A stretch of 64,000 nt of DNA. It comes from Alphaproteobacteria bacterium (GTDB taxonomy: Bacteria; Pseudomonadota; Alphaproteobacteria; UBA828). The DNA lies in assembly GCA_965221125.1 (NCBI GenBank), contig CBDCRW010000005.1:640001-704000 (forward strand), written 5' to 3'. The notes beneath the pieces are model-generated. The model was not told where the DNA came from. It ran no database searches and saw nothing but the letters and a program-made list of their open reading frames with translations. A program made the position numbers and the translations under genes. Below, in pieces: positions 40,116 through 49,545 of this stretch; position 1 is the first letter of the stretch; every line of letters begins with the position of its first letter.

Positions 40116-41276
40116 ATGACTTCGGAACCGAGCATGCCGGCGGGCTCTTCGATGCCGCCCGTTTTCGTCACGGGTTCGGCCGGGCATGTCGGTGCCAACC
40201 TCGTGCGCCGGCTGCTCGACGAGGGCGTGCGGGTCCGGGTGTTGTTGAGACACGAGGACAACAACGAGGGCCTGGACGGTCTCGAGGTCGAACGCGTGTT
40301 CGGCGACATTCGGAATTTTGACGACACCAGGCGAGCGCTCGCGGGCTGTCAGGGTGTCTATCACTGCGCGGCCATGATCTCGACCATCGAAGGCAACCGC
40401 GCCCATCGCCGCGACATGTTCGAGTGCAACGTTCTCGGCACCCGCAACGTGCTGCGGGCGGCGCAGGAGGCGGAGGCCGGCCGGGTGGTCGTTACCGGCT
40501 CGTTCAGCGCGGTGGGATACGACCTGGACGATCCCTCCGCTCCCAGCGACGAGACGATGCCGTTCTACCCCATGGAGCGCACGATGCCCTACGAGCGCAG
40601 CAAGTCGCTCGTCGAGCAGGAGTGCTGGCGCGCGGCGGCAACGGGACAGGACGTGGTGGTCGCGACCTGCTGCGCGGTGGTCGGCGGCGCCGATTTCCTC
40701 CCCTCGCGCCTGGGGCGAACGCTCTGCGACTACACGAACGGCAAGCTCCGCGCCTATATCGATGGCGGTTTCGAGTTCGTCGCGGCCCGCGACATCGTCG
40801 AGGGGCACGTGTTGTGCATGCGCCACGGTCGCTCGGGCGAAAAGTACATCTTCAGCACCGAGTACAAGACCATTTCCGATATCCTGGATCTCTACGAGGA
40901 GGTCTCGGGCGTCCCGCGGCCGCGCCGGCGATTTCCGACCCGCCTCATGCTCGTCTTTGCCGAGATCGCGAGCTTCTATCTCAGCCGCTTTCACCCGGAC
41001 TTCCCCCAGCGCTTCACTCCCGGCGCCATACGCCTGTTGCGAAAGTGCCGCCACGCCGACGTCTCCAAGGCGAAACGGGAGCTCGGCTATCGGCCGACCG
41101 GCCTCCGCGCCGCGGTTCAGGAGGCCTACGCGTTTCACTACGGCCGCAACGCGATCGCGAACCCGCAGGCGAAGCGCCCGCGCGAGGACACCGCGAATCA
41201 CCGCGTCGCGCGAGAAGAGGACGATCCCGTGCCGGAGCGAGGCATGCGGACGATGGCGGGCGGGGGCGCGCCATGA
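40116..41276 (+). CDS. sdmB: NAD(P)-dependent extended SDR, 3-beta-HSD/SdmB-like sterol C-4 decarboxylase/reductase
   Basis: TGSAGHVG, HCAA, YERSK; first gene of sterol operon, coupled to Rieske oxygenase. Symbol inferred from context. Confidence 0.7.
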   Translation: MTSEPSMPAGSSMPPVFVTGSAGHVGANLVRRLLDEGVRVRVLLRHEDNNEGLDGLEVERVFGDIRNFDDTRRALAGCQGVYHCAAMISTIEGNRAHRRDMFECNVLGTRNVLRAAQEAEAGRVVVTGSFSAVGYDLDDPSAPSDETMPFYPMERTMPYERSKSLVEQECWRAAATGQDVVVATCCAVVGGADFLPSRLGRTLCDYTNGKLRAYIDGGFEFVAARDIVEGHVLCMRHGRSGEKYIFSTEYKTISDILDLYEEVSGVPRPRRRFPTRLMLVFAEIASFYLSRFHPDFPQRFTPGAIRLLRKCRHADVSKAKRELGYRPTGLRAAVQEAYAFHYGRNAIANPQAKRPREDTANHRVAREEDDPVPERGMRTMAGGGAP

Positions 41277-42370
41277 GGGCGGCGCCCGACGCGCCGCCCG
41301 GCTTCGAGGATGCCGGCAACCTGCGCCAGCAGGCCCGCGCCGCGGGCATGGACCCGAATTACTGGTATCCGGTCGAGGAAGTGAGGCGGATCAAGCCGGA
41401 GACGGTGATCGAGGTCGTCTTCTGGAAGCGTTCCATCGCGCTCTTCCGGGGAAAGGACGGCAATTTCCAGGCGGTCGAGGACCGCTGCGCGCATCGCCAG
41501 CTCAAGCTCTCCATCGGCGACGTGCAGGGTTGCCGGCTCGTCTGCGCCTACCATGGCTGGGAGTACGGCGGCGACGGCCGCCCCGCCGGGGTGCCCTACG
41601 ACGACCAGGGGCGGAGCTTCCCCAACCTTGCGCTCAGGACCTACCCGGTGAAGGTCCGCTACGGCCTGGTCTGGCTCTTCCCGGGAGATCCGGAGCAGGC
41701 GGAGGTGCGCCGGATCCCCGACATTCCCGAGCTCGAGGGACCCGGCCGCTGGGCCTGCGTGCCGCTCTGCTTCACCTGGTCGGCCCACCACTCGATGGTG
41801 ATCGACAATGTGAGCGACTTCACCCACGCCCATCTGCACCGCCGCTACCGGCCCTTCGACGGCGCCACGCTCACCCGCTGCGAGACCGTCGGCGACGACG
41901 TGCACCTCGCCTACGACACGAGCGTCGGGCGCGGGCGCATCTCCGGACTCTTCGTCGATCACGACCGGATCGACACCAATTGCATGGAGCTTTGCTACGA
42001 GTACCCCTACCAGTGGTCGAACACCGATGACGCGATCAAGCACTGGCTCTTCGTGCTGCCGGTCGACGAGCGCACGACCCGCGTGTTCTTCCTGTTCTAC
42101 TTCAAGTCGCTGAAGATTCCCCTGCTGCCGCTGCGCATTCCCCGCCCCGCCATGAACGCGGTCTTGAGGATCTCCAACCGCCTGCTCATCGCCCCTCTGC
42201 TCTCCCAGGACCAGTTCGCGCTGGAGGCGGAGCAGCAGGGATACGAGGAGCACTGGGACGCCCGCCCCGTCGAGTTCAACCCGGTGGTCAGGGCCTTTCA
42301 GAAGGTGACCGTGCGCAAGTGGCGGGAGCATCTCGCGCGCGAAGCGGAGAACGGCGATGCCGCCGCCTGA
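41273..42370 (+). CDS. sdmA: Rieske non-heme iron oxygenase, SdmA-like sterol C-4 methyl oxidase
   Basis: CAHR...CAYHGW Rieske ligands, DNVSDFTHAHLH mononuclear Fe motif; context in sterol operon. Symbol inferred from context. Confidence 0.75.
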   Translation: MRAAPDAPPGFEDAGNLRQQARAAGMDPNYWYPVEEVRRIKPETVIEVVFWKRSIALFRGKDGNFQAVEDRCAHRQLKLSIGDVQGCRLVCAYHGWEYGGDGRPAGVPYDDQGRSFPNLALRTYPVKVRYGLVWLFPGDPEQAEVRRIPDIPELEGPGRWACVPLCFTWSAHHSMVIDNVSDFTHAHLHRRYRPFDGATLTRCETVGDDVHLAYDTSVGRGRISGLFVDHDRIDTNCMELCYEYPYQWSNTDDAIKHWLFVLPVDERTTRVFFLFYFKSLKIPLLPLRIPRPAMNAVLRISNRLLIAPLLSQDQFALEAEQQGYEEHWDARPVEFNPVVRAFQKVTVRKWREHLAREAENGDAAA

Positions 42371-43457
42371 AGCGCTCGACCTCTCGTCGGCGCTCTCCTG
42401 CGGGACCCTGCTCGAGGCGGCGGCGATGGTGCTGGGGTTCATCGCCCTCCTCTTCGTGATGTCGCTGGTCCTGCCGGGTCGTCGCGTCACGGGCCCCGAT
42501 GCCGACGGAAACGAGCGCGTCTACAAGCTCAACGGCCTCTCCCTCTATCTGATCGTCATGATTGCGGCGTGTGGCGCGCAGGCCTCCGGCATTCTCTCCC
42601 TTTCGGTGCTGCATACCCACATTCTCGCCCTCTTCGTCGTGGCGAACGGATTCGCGTTCGCGCTCTCCGGCTGGCTCTACCTGCGCGGCGTGCGAAAGCC
42701 TCATGCATCGCCCCGGTCCTGGCGGGACTTCTTCTACGGCGTGGACGCCGCTCCGGCCTGGTTGGGGCTGGATCTGAAGCTCTTCAGCTATTGCCCCTCG
42801 CTCATCGGCCTCGCCCTCTTCAACGCATCGTTTGCCGCCGTGCAGTACGAGACCTACGGCGAGCTGACCCTGGGGATGATGCTCTACCAAGTCTTCACCT
42901 TCCTCTACGTGCTCAACTACTTCCAGTTCGAGCAGGGGATGATCCACACCTGGGACATCCTTCGCGAGCGCTTCGGGTGGATGCTGGTCTGGGGCGACTA
43001 CGTGCTGGTGCCCTTCTTCTACTGTCTCCCCGGCTGGTGGCTGGTTCACGCACCGGAGCCGCTGTCTCCGGCCGCCGCCGGCGGGATCGTCGTGCTCTTC
43101 GTTTTCGGCTTCTGGCTCTTTCGCGGGTCGAACCAGCAAAAGCACCGCTTCAAGCGCAATCCCGACGCCAGGATCTGGGGCAAGCCGGCCCGGACCCTGG
43201 ACGGGCGCCTGCTGGTCTCCGGATTCTGGGGCATCGGACGGCATCTCAACTATACCGGCGAGATCTGCGTCTATTTCTCGTTCGCCCTCACCACCGGGTT
43301 TAGCTCCTGGGCTCCCTTCCTGTTGCCGGTATGGCTGGCGGGCCTGCTGTGGCACCGCTCGGGACGCGACGAGCGCCGCTGCCGCGCCAAGTACGGCGCG
43401 CTGTGGGAGCGCTATACCCAGCGGGCGCGCTTCGCGATGCTGCCGTTCATCCATTGA
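42357..43457 (+). CDS. ERG4/ERG24-family sterol reductase (probably Delta14-reductase)
   Basis: YKLNG, TWDILRERFGWMLVWGD..VPFFY, LLVSGFWGIGRHLNYTGE, RDERRCRAKYG. Confidence 0.9.
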   Translation: MPPPEALDLSSALSCGTLLEAAAMVLGFIALLFVMSLVLPGRRVTGPDADGNERVYKLNGLSLYLIVMIAACGAQASGILSLSVLHTHILALFVVANGFAFALSGWLYLRGVRKPHASPRSWRDFFYGVDAAPAWLGLDLKLFSYCPSLIGLALFNASFAAVQYETYGELTLGMMLYQVFTFLYVLNYFQFEQGMIHTWDILRERFGWMLVWGDYVLVPFFYCLPGWWLVHAPEPLSPAAAGGIVVLFVFGFWLFRGSNQQKHRFKRNPDARIWGKPARTLDGRLLVSGFWGIGRHLNYTGEICVYFSFALTTGFSSWAPFLLPVWLAGLLWHRSGRDERRCRAKYGALWERYTQRARFAMLPFIH

Positions 43458-43465
43458 GGCCGGCG

Positions 43466-44875
43466 ATGGCAAACCGAATTCACAGTCTGGATGCGCCGCG
43501 CTCGGCTCGGTTCCGGCCGCGCTCGGAGAACGCCGCTCCCATGCTCGCGGGCGGGTGGCCGTTGCTCGGCCATCTGCCGGAATTCCAGAGGGATCCGGTC
43601 GCCATGTTGAGCCGCGGCTGGCGCGAGCATGGCGCGCTCTTCCGCTTCCGGCTCGGGACCCGCGCTTTCGTTCTCTTCGCCGGGCCCGAAGCCCACGACT
43701 TCTATTTCAGGGCACCCGAGGAACAGCTGAACGCCAAGGCCGTCTACCGCTTCACCGTGCCCATCTTCGGACGCGGCGTGGCCTACGACACCTCCCCGGA
43801 GATCATGTCGGAGCAGCTGGGCTTTCTCTTTCCGGCGCTCCGCGAGGCGGCCATGCGCAGGTTCGCCCTCGTCATGTTCGACGAGGCGCGGCAGTTCGCC
43901 GACTCCCTGGGCAAGGAAGGGGAAATCGATCTGCCGCAGGCGATGAACGAGCTCACGGTCAAGATCGCCGGCCGCTGCCTGATCGGACAGGAAGTCCGCG
44001 ATCGGGTGGACGCCGGCTTTGCCGAGATCTACCGCGACCTGCAGAAGGGCATTAACACCCTGGGATTTTTCCTCCCTAGGCTTCCCGTCGCAGCGCATCG
44101 AAAGCGCGACAAGGCCCGGCGACGGGTGGCGGAGCTCTTCGGCGGGATCATGGCCGCGCGCCGGGATGCCGGGGCCAGCCCCGACGACTTCATGCAGACG
44201 CTCATGAACGCCCGCTACAAGAGCGGCCGCGCCCTCAGCGACGACGAGATCACGGGGATCCTGCTGACGGTGCTCTTCGCAGGCCAGCACACCAGCGCGG
44301 TGCTCGCGACCTGGATCGGCCTGGAGCTGCTCAGGGCGCCGGCGTACCTGGCACGGGCGAGAGACGAGGTGCGGGAGGTTTACCGCGAAGCAGGGTCCGT
44401 GAGCATCGACAGCCTCCAGCGCCAGCCGGCCCTGGAGAACGCCGTCCGCGAATGCGAGCGGCTGCACCCGCCGCTGATATTGCTGATCCGGAAGGTGCTC
44501 GAGCCCCTGCGCTACGGAGACCGCGTCGTGCCCGCCGGCACCATGGCGATGGTGTCGCCGGCGGTCTCTCACCGCCTGCCCCACATCTTCGAGGACCCGG
44601 AGCGCTTCTTTCCCGACCGCTTCGCCGCTCCGGCGTGCGAGGACAAGCAGCACCACTACGCCCTGATCGGCTTCGGCGGCGGCAAGCACGCGTGCATGGG
44701 CAAGAACTTCGCGTACATGCAGCTCAAGGCGATCTGGACCGTTCTGCTCGATCGCTTCGATTTCTCTCTCAGCGGCGCGTTTCCCCGTCCGAACTACGGC
44801 AGCTGGGTGACCGGGCCTGAGAGACCGTGCCGCGTCCGCTACCGTCGCCGCGCGCAGCCGAGCGCATTCTCATGA
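43466..44875 (+). CDS. cyp51: Sterol 14-alpha-demethylase cytochrome P450 (CYP51)
   Basis: VYRFTVPIFGRGVAYD (SRS1), FAGQHTS I-helix signature, ECER, heme motif FGGGKHACMG; start could alternatively be ATG 43541. Confidence 0.92.
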   Translation: MANRIHSLDAPRSARFRPRSENAAPMLAGGWPLLGHLPEFQRDPVAMLSRGWREHGALFRFRLGTRAFVLFAGPEAHDFYFRAPEEQLNAKAVYRFTVPIFGRGVAYDTSPEIMSEQLGFLFPALREAAMRRFALVMFDEARQFADSLGKEGEIDLPQAMNELTVKIAGRCLIGQEVRDRVDAGFAEIYRDLQKGINTLGFFLPRLPVAAHRKRDKARRRVAELFGGIMAARRDAGASPDDFMQTLMNARYKSGRALSDDEITGILLTVLFAGQHTSAVLATWIGLELLRAPAYLARARDEVREVYREAGSVSIDSLQRQPALENAVRECERLHPPLILLIRKVLEPLRYGDRVVPAGTMAMVSPAVSHRLPHIFEDPERFFPDRFAAPACEDKQHHYALIGFGGGKHACMGKNFAYMQLKAIWTVLLDRFDFSLSGAFPRPNYGSWVTGPERPCRVRYRRRAQPSAFS

Positions 44876-47800
44876 GCGCCGCCGCGTCGCGGCGTTACGA
44901 CGTGGCCATCGTCGGCGCGGGGCCGGTGGGGAGCCTGTGCGCGCTCGCTCACGCGCGGAAGGGCGCCCGGGTGGCCCTGCTGGAAGCGAATCCCAGGGCG
45001 TCCGAGCGCCTGGCGGGCGAATGGCTGCATCCGCCCGGCGTCCAGATACTGCGGCACTTCGGGATCGGGCCGGACACCCTGCCCCGCAGCACCGCGGGCA
45101 GGGGCTTCGTCGTGTTTCCCGATGACGGCTCGAAGCCGATCGTGCTTCCCTACATGAACGGCTCGCGGGGTCTGGCCTGCGACCATGCGGTGCTCGTCTC
45201 GAAGCTGCGGGACGCCATCGGGAACGAGCCGGACGTGGATTTCTTCGCCCCCGCGCGGGTCGGTGAAGTCGAAGACGGCCGGCTGGCCTTCACCAGCAAC
45301 GGCACGGTTCACACCGTCCGCGCCGCACGGATTATCGGCGCCGACGGCCGGGCCTCGATCGTGCGCCAGTCGCTCGGCCTGTCGACGGACCCGATGCTCT
45401 GCTCGCGCATGCTGGGGGTCACGGTGAGCGGTGTGAGCCTGCCCTTCGAAGGTCATGGGCATGTGCTGCTCGGCGGCCCAGGGCCGATACTCGCCTACGG
45501 CGTGGCAAACGATTGCGTCCGGATCATCGCCGATGTCCCGCTGGACCGCTGGTCACGCCAGGACCGGGTCGGCTTCCTGACGGAATCCTATGCCGCCCTG
45601 CTGCCGGAGACTCTCAGGCCGGCGTTCGTCGAGGCGCTGCGAGCGGGGCAATTCGACGTTGCAGCCAATCAGCTGCGGCCGCGCGTCACTTACGGCACCC
45701 CGCTTCGCGTGTTGATCGGCGACGCGGCCGGGCACTACCACCCCATGACGGCGGTCGGCATGACCCTCGGATTCGGCGATGCGCTCGCCCTCGCCGAGGG
45801 CGGGAGCTTTCGCGACTTCGCCGCCAGGCGCTTCCGGGCGACCCATGTGCCGGAGTTGCTCGCCATGGGGCTCTACGAGGTCTTCGCCGATCGTCGGGCC
45901 GAGGCGGTGGCGATGAAACACGCGGTCTACCGGGGGCTGCGAACGAGCTCCGATTACCGGGAGCGGACCTCGCGGATACTTGCCTGCGAAGATCGATCCG
46001 CGCTCGGGATGGGTCTCGCGTTTTTCGGAACGGCAATCCGGGCGGCGGCCGTGGAGATTCCGCTCTCCCTCCGCCAGTTCGCTCCGCGCCGGGGTCTGAG
46101 GATCTTCGGTGCGCTCGTCGTTCGTCTCTGGTGGCTCCTGCGTTGGGGTCTGCAGCTGCGCCGGTCAAGACGCCGGGGCGGGCGGAACGACGAGCGGGCC
46201 CTGGACAGCCTGGCCCGAGCACTCCTGCACTCCATGCCGTCGGGGCTCGACGCGGCCGGATCCGGCCGGCCGAAGGACTCCGAGGCGCCCGATGCCGGTC
46301 CGGCACTGGCGAGCGCGACGGCGCAGCTCCTCAGCCTCCAGGGCGAGGACGGCGGCTGGGAAGGCGAGATGGTCTGGTGCCCCATGCTCACCGCGCAATA
46401 CGTGCTGCTGCACCACATCATCGGCCGGCCGCTCGAGCCCGGCCGGCGCCGGCGCGTGCTGCGCTCCTTCGAACGGACCCGTCTCGAAGCAGGCTCCTGG
46501 GGCCTGCACGAGCACGCGTCGCCCCACCTCTTCGTCACCGCCATGGTCTACGTCGCGGCGAGGCTGCTCGGGGTCGAGCGTGACGATCCCCTTGTCGAGC
46601 CGGCCCGGCGCTTCATACAGGCCGAGGGGATCGTGGCCATTCCGAGCTGGGGAAAGTTCTGGCTGGCGCTGCTCAACCTCTACGACTGGCGCGGGGTCAA
46701 CGCCGTCCTGCCGGAGCTGTGGAGCCTGCCGCGGCGCATACCCTTGCATCCCTCCAACTGGTACTGCCACACGCGGCTCATCTACATGGCGATGGCGGCG
46801 GTTTACGCGCACCGCTTCCAGGCACCCGTCACGCCCCTGATCGCCGCGCTGCGGGAGGAGCTGTTCCCGCAAGGATTTGCGGAGGTAGATTTCTCCGCCG
46901 CCCGCAGTTGCCTGCGGGAGGCCGACCTCTACGCGCGGCCGAGCGTGTGGCTCAAGGCTGGATACAGGATTGCGCGCGTGTTCGATCGGCTCCACGGCAA
47001 GCGCCTGCGTGCCCGATGCACGGAGGCGATCGTCCGGCAGATCAGATGGGAGCTGCAGACCACCAGCCATACGAGCATCTCTCCGGTGAGCGGCCTTCTC
47101 AACATGCTTGCCCTGTGGCTGCGCGATCCGGACGACGCCGATCTGCACCAGGCGCTCGCGAAGCTGGACGGCTGGTTCTGGGAGGACGAGGAAGAGGGTG
47201 CGCGCGTCGTCGGCGCGAGAAGCGCCTCGTGGGACAGCGGCTTCGCGTTGCAGGCGCTGGCGGCGGCGCCCGCGTTCGACGGGGTAGAGGACGCGCTGCA
47301 GCGCGGCGCCGACTTCCTGCTCAGGCAACAGATTGCCGCCAGCTTCGACGGGTTTCGCGAGGCCTATCGAACCGACCCCAGGGGCGGCTGGTGCTTTGCC
47401 GGGGGATGGCATGGCTGGCCGGTGAGCGACTGCACTGCGGAGGCGGTGCTCGGACTTCACGCTGCCGGTCGCGGCGCTCTGCACGCGAGCGCGTTGCGCG
47501 ATGCGGTCGGGTTCATGCTGCGCTGCCAGAACCGCGATGGCGGATTCGGCAGCTACGAGGCGCGACGCGCGGCTTTCGGTCTGGAGTGGATGAATCCGGC
47601 CGAGATGTTCGGCGATTCGATGACCGAGCAATCCTATGTCGAGTGCACCGTGTCCTGCCTCGCGGCGCTCGCCGCCTGCAGGGAGGACGTTCCGCAAATC
47701 GTGGATGGAGCCGTGACGGGCGCGATCGCCCGGGCCGATGCCTGGCTTCGCCGAACCCAGGCAAGCGACGGGTCGTGGCGCGGCGTGTGGGGGGTTCAGT

Positions 47801-48282
47801 TCATTTACGGAACCCTCTTCGGAATCAGGGGTCTTCTGTCGGCCGGAGCCGGCCCCGACGATCCGGCGCTTCGCTCGGCCTGCCGCTGGCTGCTGGAGCG
47901 CCAGCGGGAAGACGGCGGATGGGGCGAGCACCACAGCGGCTGCCTGACCGGCCGATACGTGCCGCACGAGGAAAGCCAGGTCGTCCAGACCGCGTGGGCC
48001 TTGATCGCACTCCTCGAGGCGAACGAATCGAACTGGACTGCGATTTCGCGGGGCGCCCGCTTCCTGCTCGACGCGCAGGACGCCGACGGGACGTGGCCCA
48101 GGCAGGACATGGCTGGCGTGTTCTTCCGAACGGCGCTCCTGGATTACGTGCTGTACCGACGGTATTTCCCGCTGCACGCGCTCGCTCTCTACGAGCGCCG
48201 CCGCCGCGAGCGGCTGGGTCTCGCCGCCGCCCCGCGCGCCGCCGACGCGCCTGCGGCTCCGTCCGAGGCGGCTGCGGCCTGA
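44872..48282 (+). CDS. osc: Squalene epoxidase - oxidosqualene cyclase fusion protein
   Basis: N-half: IVGAGPVG, RLAGEWLHPPG, GADG, IGDAAGHYHPMTAVGMT. C-half: QW repeats (QGEDGGW, QNRDGGF, QASDGSW, QREDGGWGE, QDADGTW), WYCHTR, GWPVSDCTAE; continuous frame. Confidence 0.93.
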   Translation: MSAAASRRYDVAIVGAGPVGSLCALAHARKGARVALLEANPRASERLAGEWLHPPGVQILRHFGIGPDTLPRSTAGRGFVVFPDDGSKPIVLPYMNGSRGLACDHAVLVSKLRDAIGNEPDVDFFAPARVGEVEDGRLAFTSNGTVHTVRAARIIGADGRASIVRQSLGLSTDPMLCSRMLGVTVSGVSLPFEGHGHVLLGGPGPILAYGVANDCVRIIADVPLDRWSRQDRVGFLTESYAALLPETLRPAFVEALRAGQFDVAANQLRPRVTYGTPLRVLIGDAAGHYHPMTAVGMTLGFGDALALAEGGSFRDFAARRFRATHVPELLAMGLYEVFADRRAEAVAMKHAVYRGLRTSSDYRERTSRILACEDRSALGMGLAFFGTAIRAAAVEIPLSLRQFAPRRGLRIFGALVVRLWWLLRWGLQLRRSRRRGGRNDERALDSLARALLHSMPSGLDAAGSGRPKDSEAPDAGPALASATAQLLSLQGEDGGWEGEMVWCPMLTAQYVLLHHIIGRPLEPGRRRRVLRSFERTRLEAGSWGLHEHASPHLFVTAMVYVAARLLGVERDDPLVEPARRFIQAEGIVAIPSWGKFWLALLNLYDWRGVNAVLPELWSLPRRIPLHPSNWYCHTRLIYMAMAAVYAHRFQAPVTPLIAALREELFPQGFAEVDFSAARSCLREADLYARPSVWLKAGYRIARVFDRLHGKRLRARCTEAIVRQIRWELQTTSHTSISPVSGLLNMLALWLRDPDDADLHQALAKLDGWFWEDEEEGARVVGARSASWDSGFALQALAAAPAFDGVEDALQRGADFLLRQQIAASFDGFREAYRTDPRGGWCFAGGWHGWPVSDCTAEAVLGLHAAGRGALHASALRDAVGFMLRCQNRDGGFGSYEARRAAFGLEWMNPAEMFGDSMTEQSYVECTVSCLAALAACREDVPQIVDGAVTGAIARADAWLRRTQASDGSWRGVWGVQFIYGTLFGIRGLLSAGAGPDDPALRSACRWLLERQREDGGWGEHHSGCLTGRYVPHEESQVVQTAWALIALLEANESNWTAISRGARFLLDAQDADGTWPRQDMAGVFFRTALLDYVLYRRYFPLHALALYERRRRERLGLAAAPRAADAPAAPSEAAAA

Positions 48283-48348
48283 TTCCCGGTCCCGAGCGTC
48301 GGCGTTCCCGCAGAGGCGCGCGCGGCCGACAGATAACGCCCGCTTCGA

Positions 48349-49380
48349 TCAGTCGTGCGGGGGGCCGGGCTTGCGGGCCAGGAAAAAGAACATCGGCGTG
48401 AAGACGCCGGACCTGCCGCCGTCCACCAGCGCGTCCGCCGCCGCGTTCAGGAGCGTGCTGACCGCGCGGGAGCCCTCGGGAAAGAGCCGAAGCCGTTCGC
48501 CCACCCGCAAGGTCAGGTTGGTCAGCGCGCGGCCGACGGGCGTGCGCGGAAGACTCGAAAGACTGAGGTCACGACCCTGCAAGGCACGATACCAGGGCAT
48601 CTCCGGGTCCGCTTCGGGCGCGCGGTCGCGCGCGTCCAGGAGCTCGAATCCCGCCGTCCGCAACGCGGCGGAAACCTGCGACGTGGAAGCGATGTCCGGC
48701 AGCGCATCGCCGACCATGATGTCGTTCCTGATTCGCCGATGCTCCGCGTTGGCTGAATCGAATTTCTCGGTGAGGCACCAGTCGTAGCCCGCGAAGCAGG
48801 CTCCGGGACGAAGCACACGCAGGATCTCCCGGAACGCCGCTGTCTTGTCGGGCGCGTGGGGCATGGACTCGATCGCAATGGCAGCATCGTAGCGGTCGTC
48901 TTCCTCGGGAATCTGCATGTAGTCGCCGTGAATGAAGCGGCATAACGACCGGACATCCCGGGTGTGAAGTTTGGCGCGCTCGATCTGGTAGGCGTTGTTG
49001 TTGATTCCGACAAAGCTGGCCCCGGAATGGCGGGCCAGATTGCCCGTCGGCCCGCCGACACCGCAGCCGACATCGAGCACGTGCATACCCGGCTTCAGGG
49101 ACAGCCTTTCGGCCAGAAAATGCTGGTGCCGGAGCAGCGACGCCTTGAAGCTCTCGCCCCGCCTTCGGGGAGCGAAGTGAAAGGACTGGCCCCAACCGAA
49201 CTCATAGAAATCGGTCACCAGATCGTAGTAGCGATTCACGAACGAGCGATAATGCTCCTTCCTGCGCTCCAGGCCGGCATCGTAGATTTCGGTGTATCCG
49301 TCGACCGTGGACCTTACTTCGTCCGGGGCGAGATTCGCGAGGGTGCGCGCTTTCGATCGTGCGCCGGAGGTGCGATTCAT
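48349..49380 (-). CDS. smt: Sterol C-24 methyltransferase (SMT/ERG6-like)
   Basis: YYDLVTDFYEFGWGQSFHFA (SMT region I), LDVGCGVGGP, GINNNAYQ, IESMPHAP, GYDW, LVDGGRSGVFTPMFFFLARKP. Confidence 0.92.
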   Translation of the reverse strand: MNRTSGARSKARTLANLAPDEVRSTVDGYTEIYDAGLERRKEHYRSFVNRYYDLVTDFYEFGWGQSFHFAPRRRGESFKASLLRHQHFLAERLSLKPGMHVLDVGCGVGGPTGNLARHSGASFVGINNNAYQIERAKLHTRDVRSLCRFIHGDYMQIPEEDDRYDAAIAIESMPHAPDKTAAFREILRVLRPGACFAGYDWCLTEKFDSANAEHRRIRNDIMVGDALPDIASTSQVSAALRTAGFELLDARDRAPEADPEMPWYRALQGRDLSLSSLPRTPVGRALTNLTLRVGERLRLFPEGSRAVSTLLNAAADALVDGGRSGVFTPMFFFLARKPGPPHD

Positions 49381-49545
49381 CCGTGCATCTTGCCAGAGCC
49401 GCACGTCGTCCCCAAGACCGGCGTGTTGCGGGTTCCAGCGCTTCGCTTCATGTCACCGATACGGACCGCGTCCGGGGTGCCGCCCTCTCCGCGGGGTACA
49501 ATGCGGCAAGCCTCAGCACCGGCGTATCCGAGAGGAGCGAATCGC

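Noticed and set aside
46297-48282. Squalene-hopene cyclase / hopanoid cluster
   Set aside because: Catalytic motif is DCTAE not DxDD, and neighbours are epoxidase, CYP51, sterol reductase and SMT
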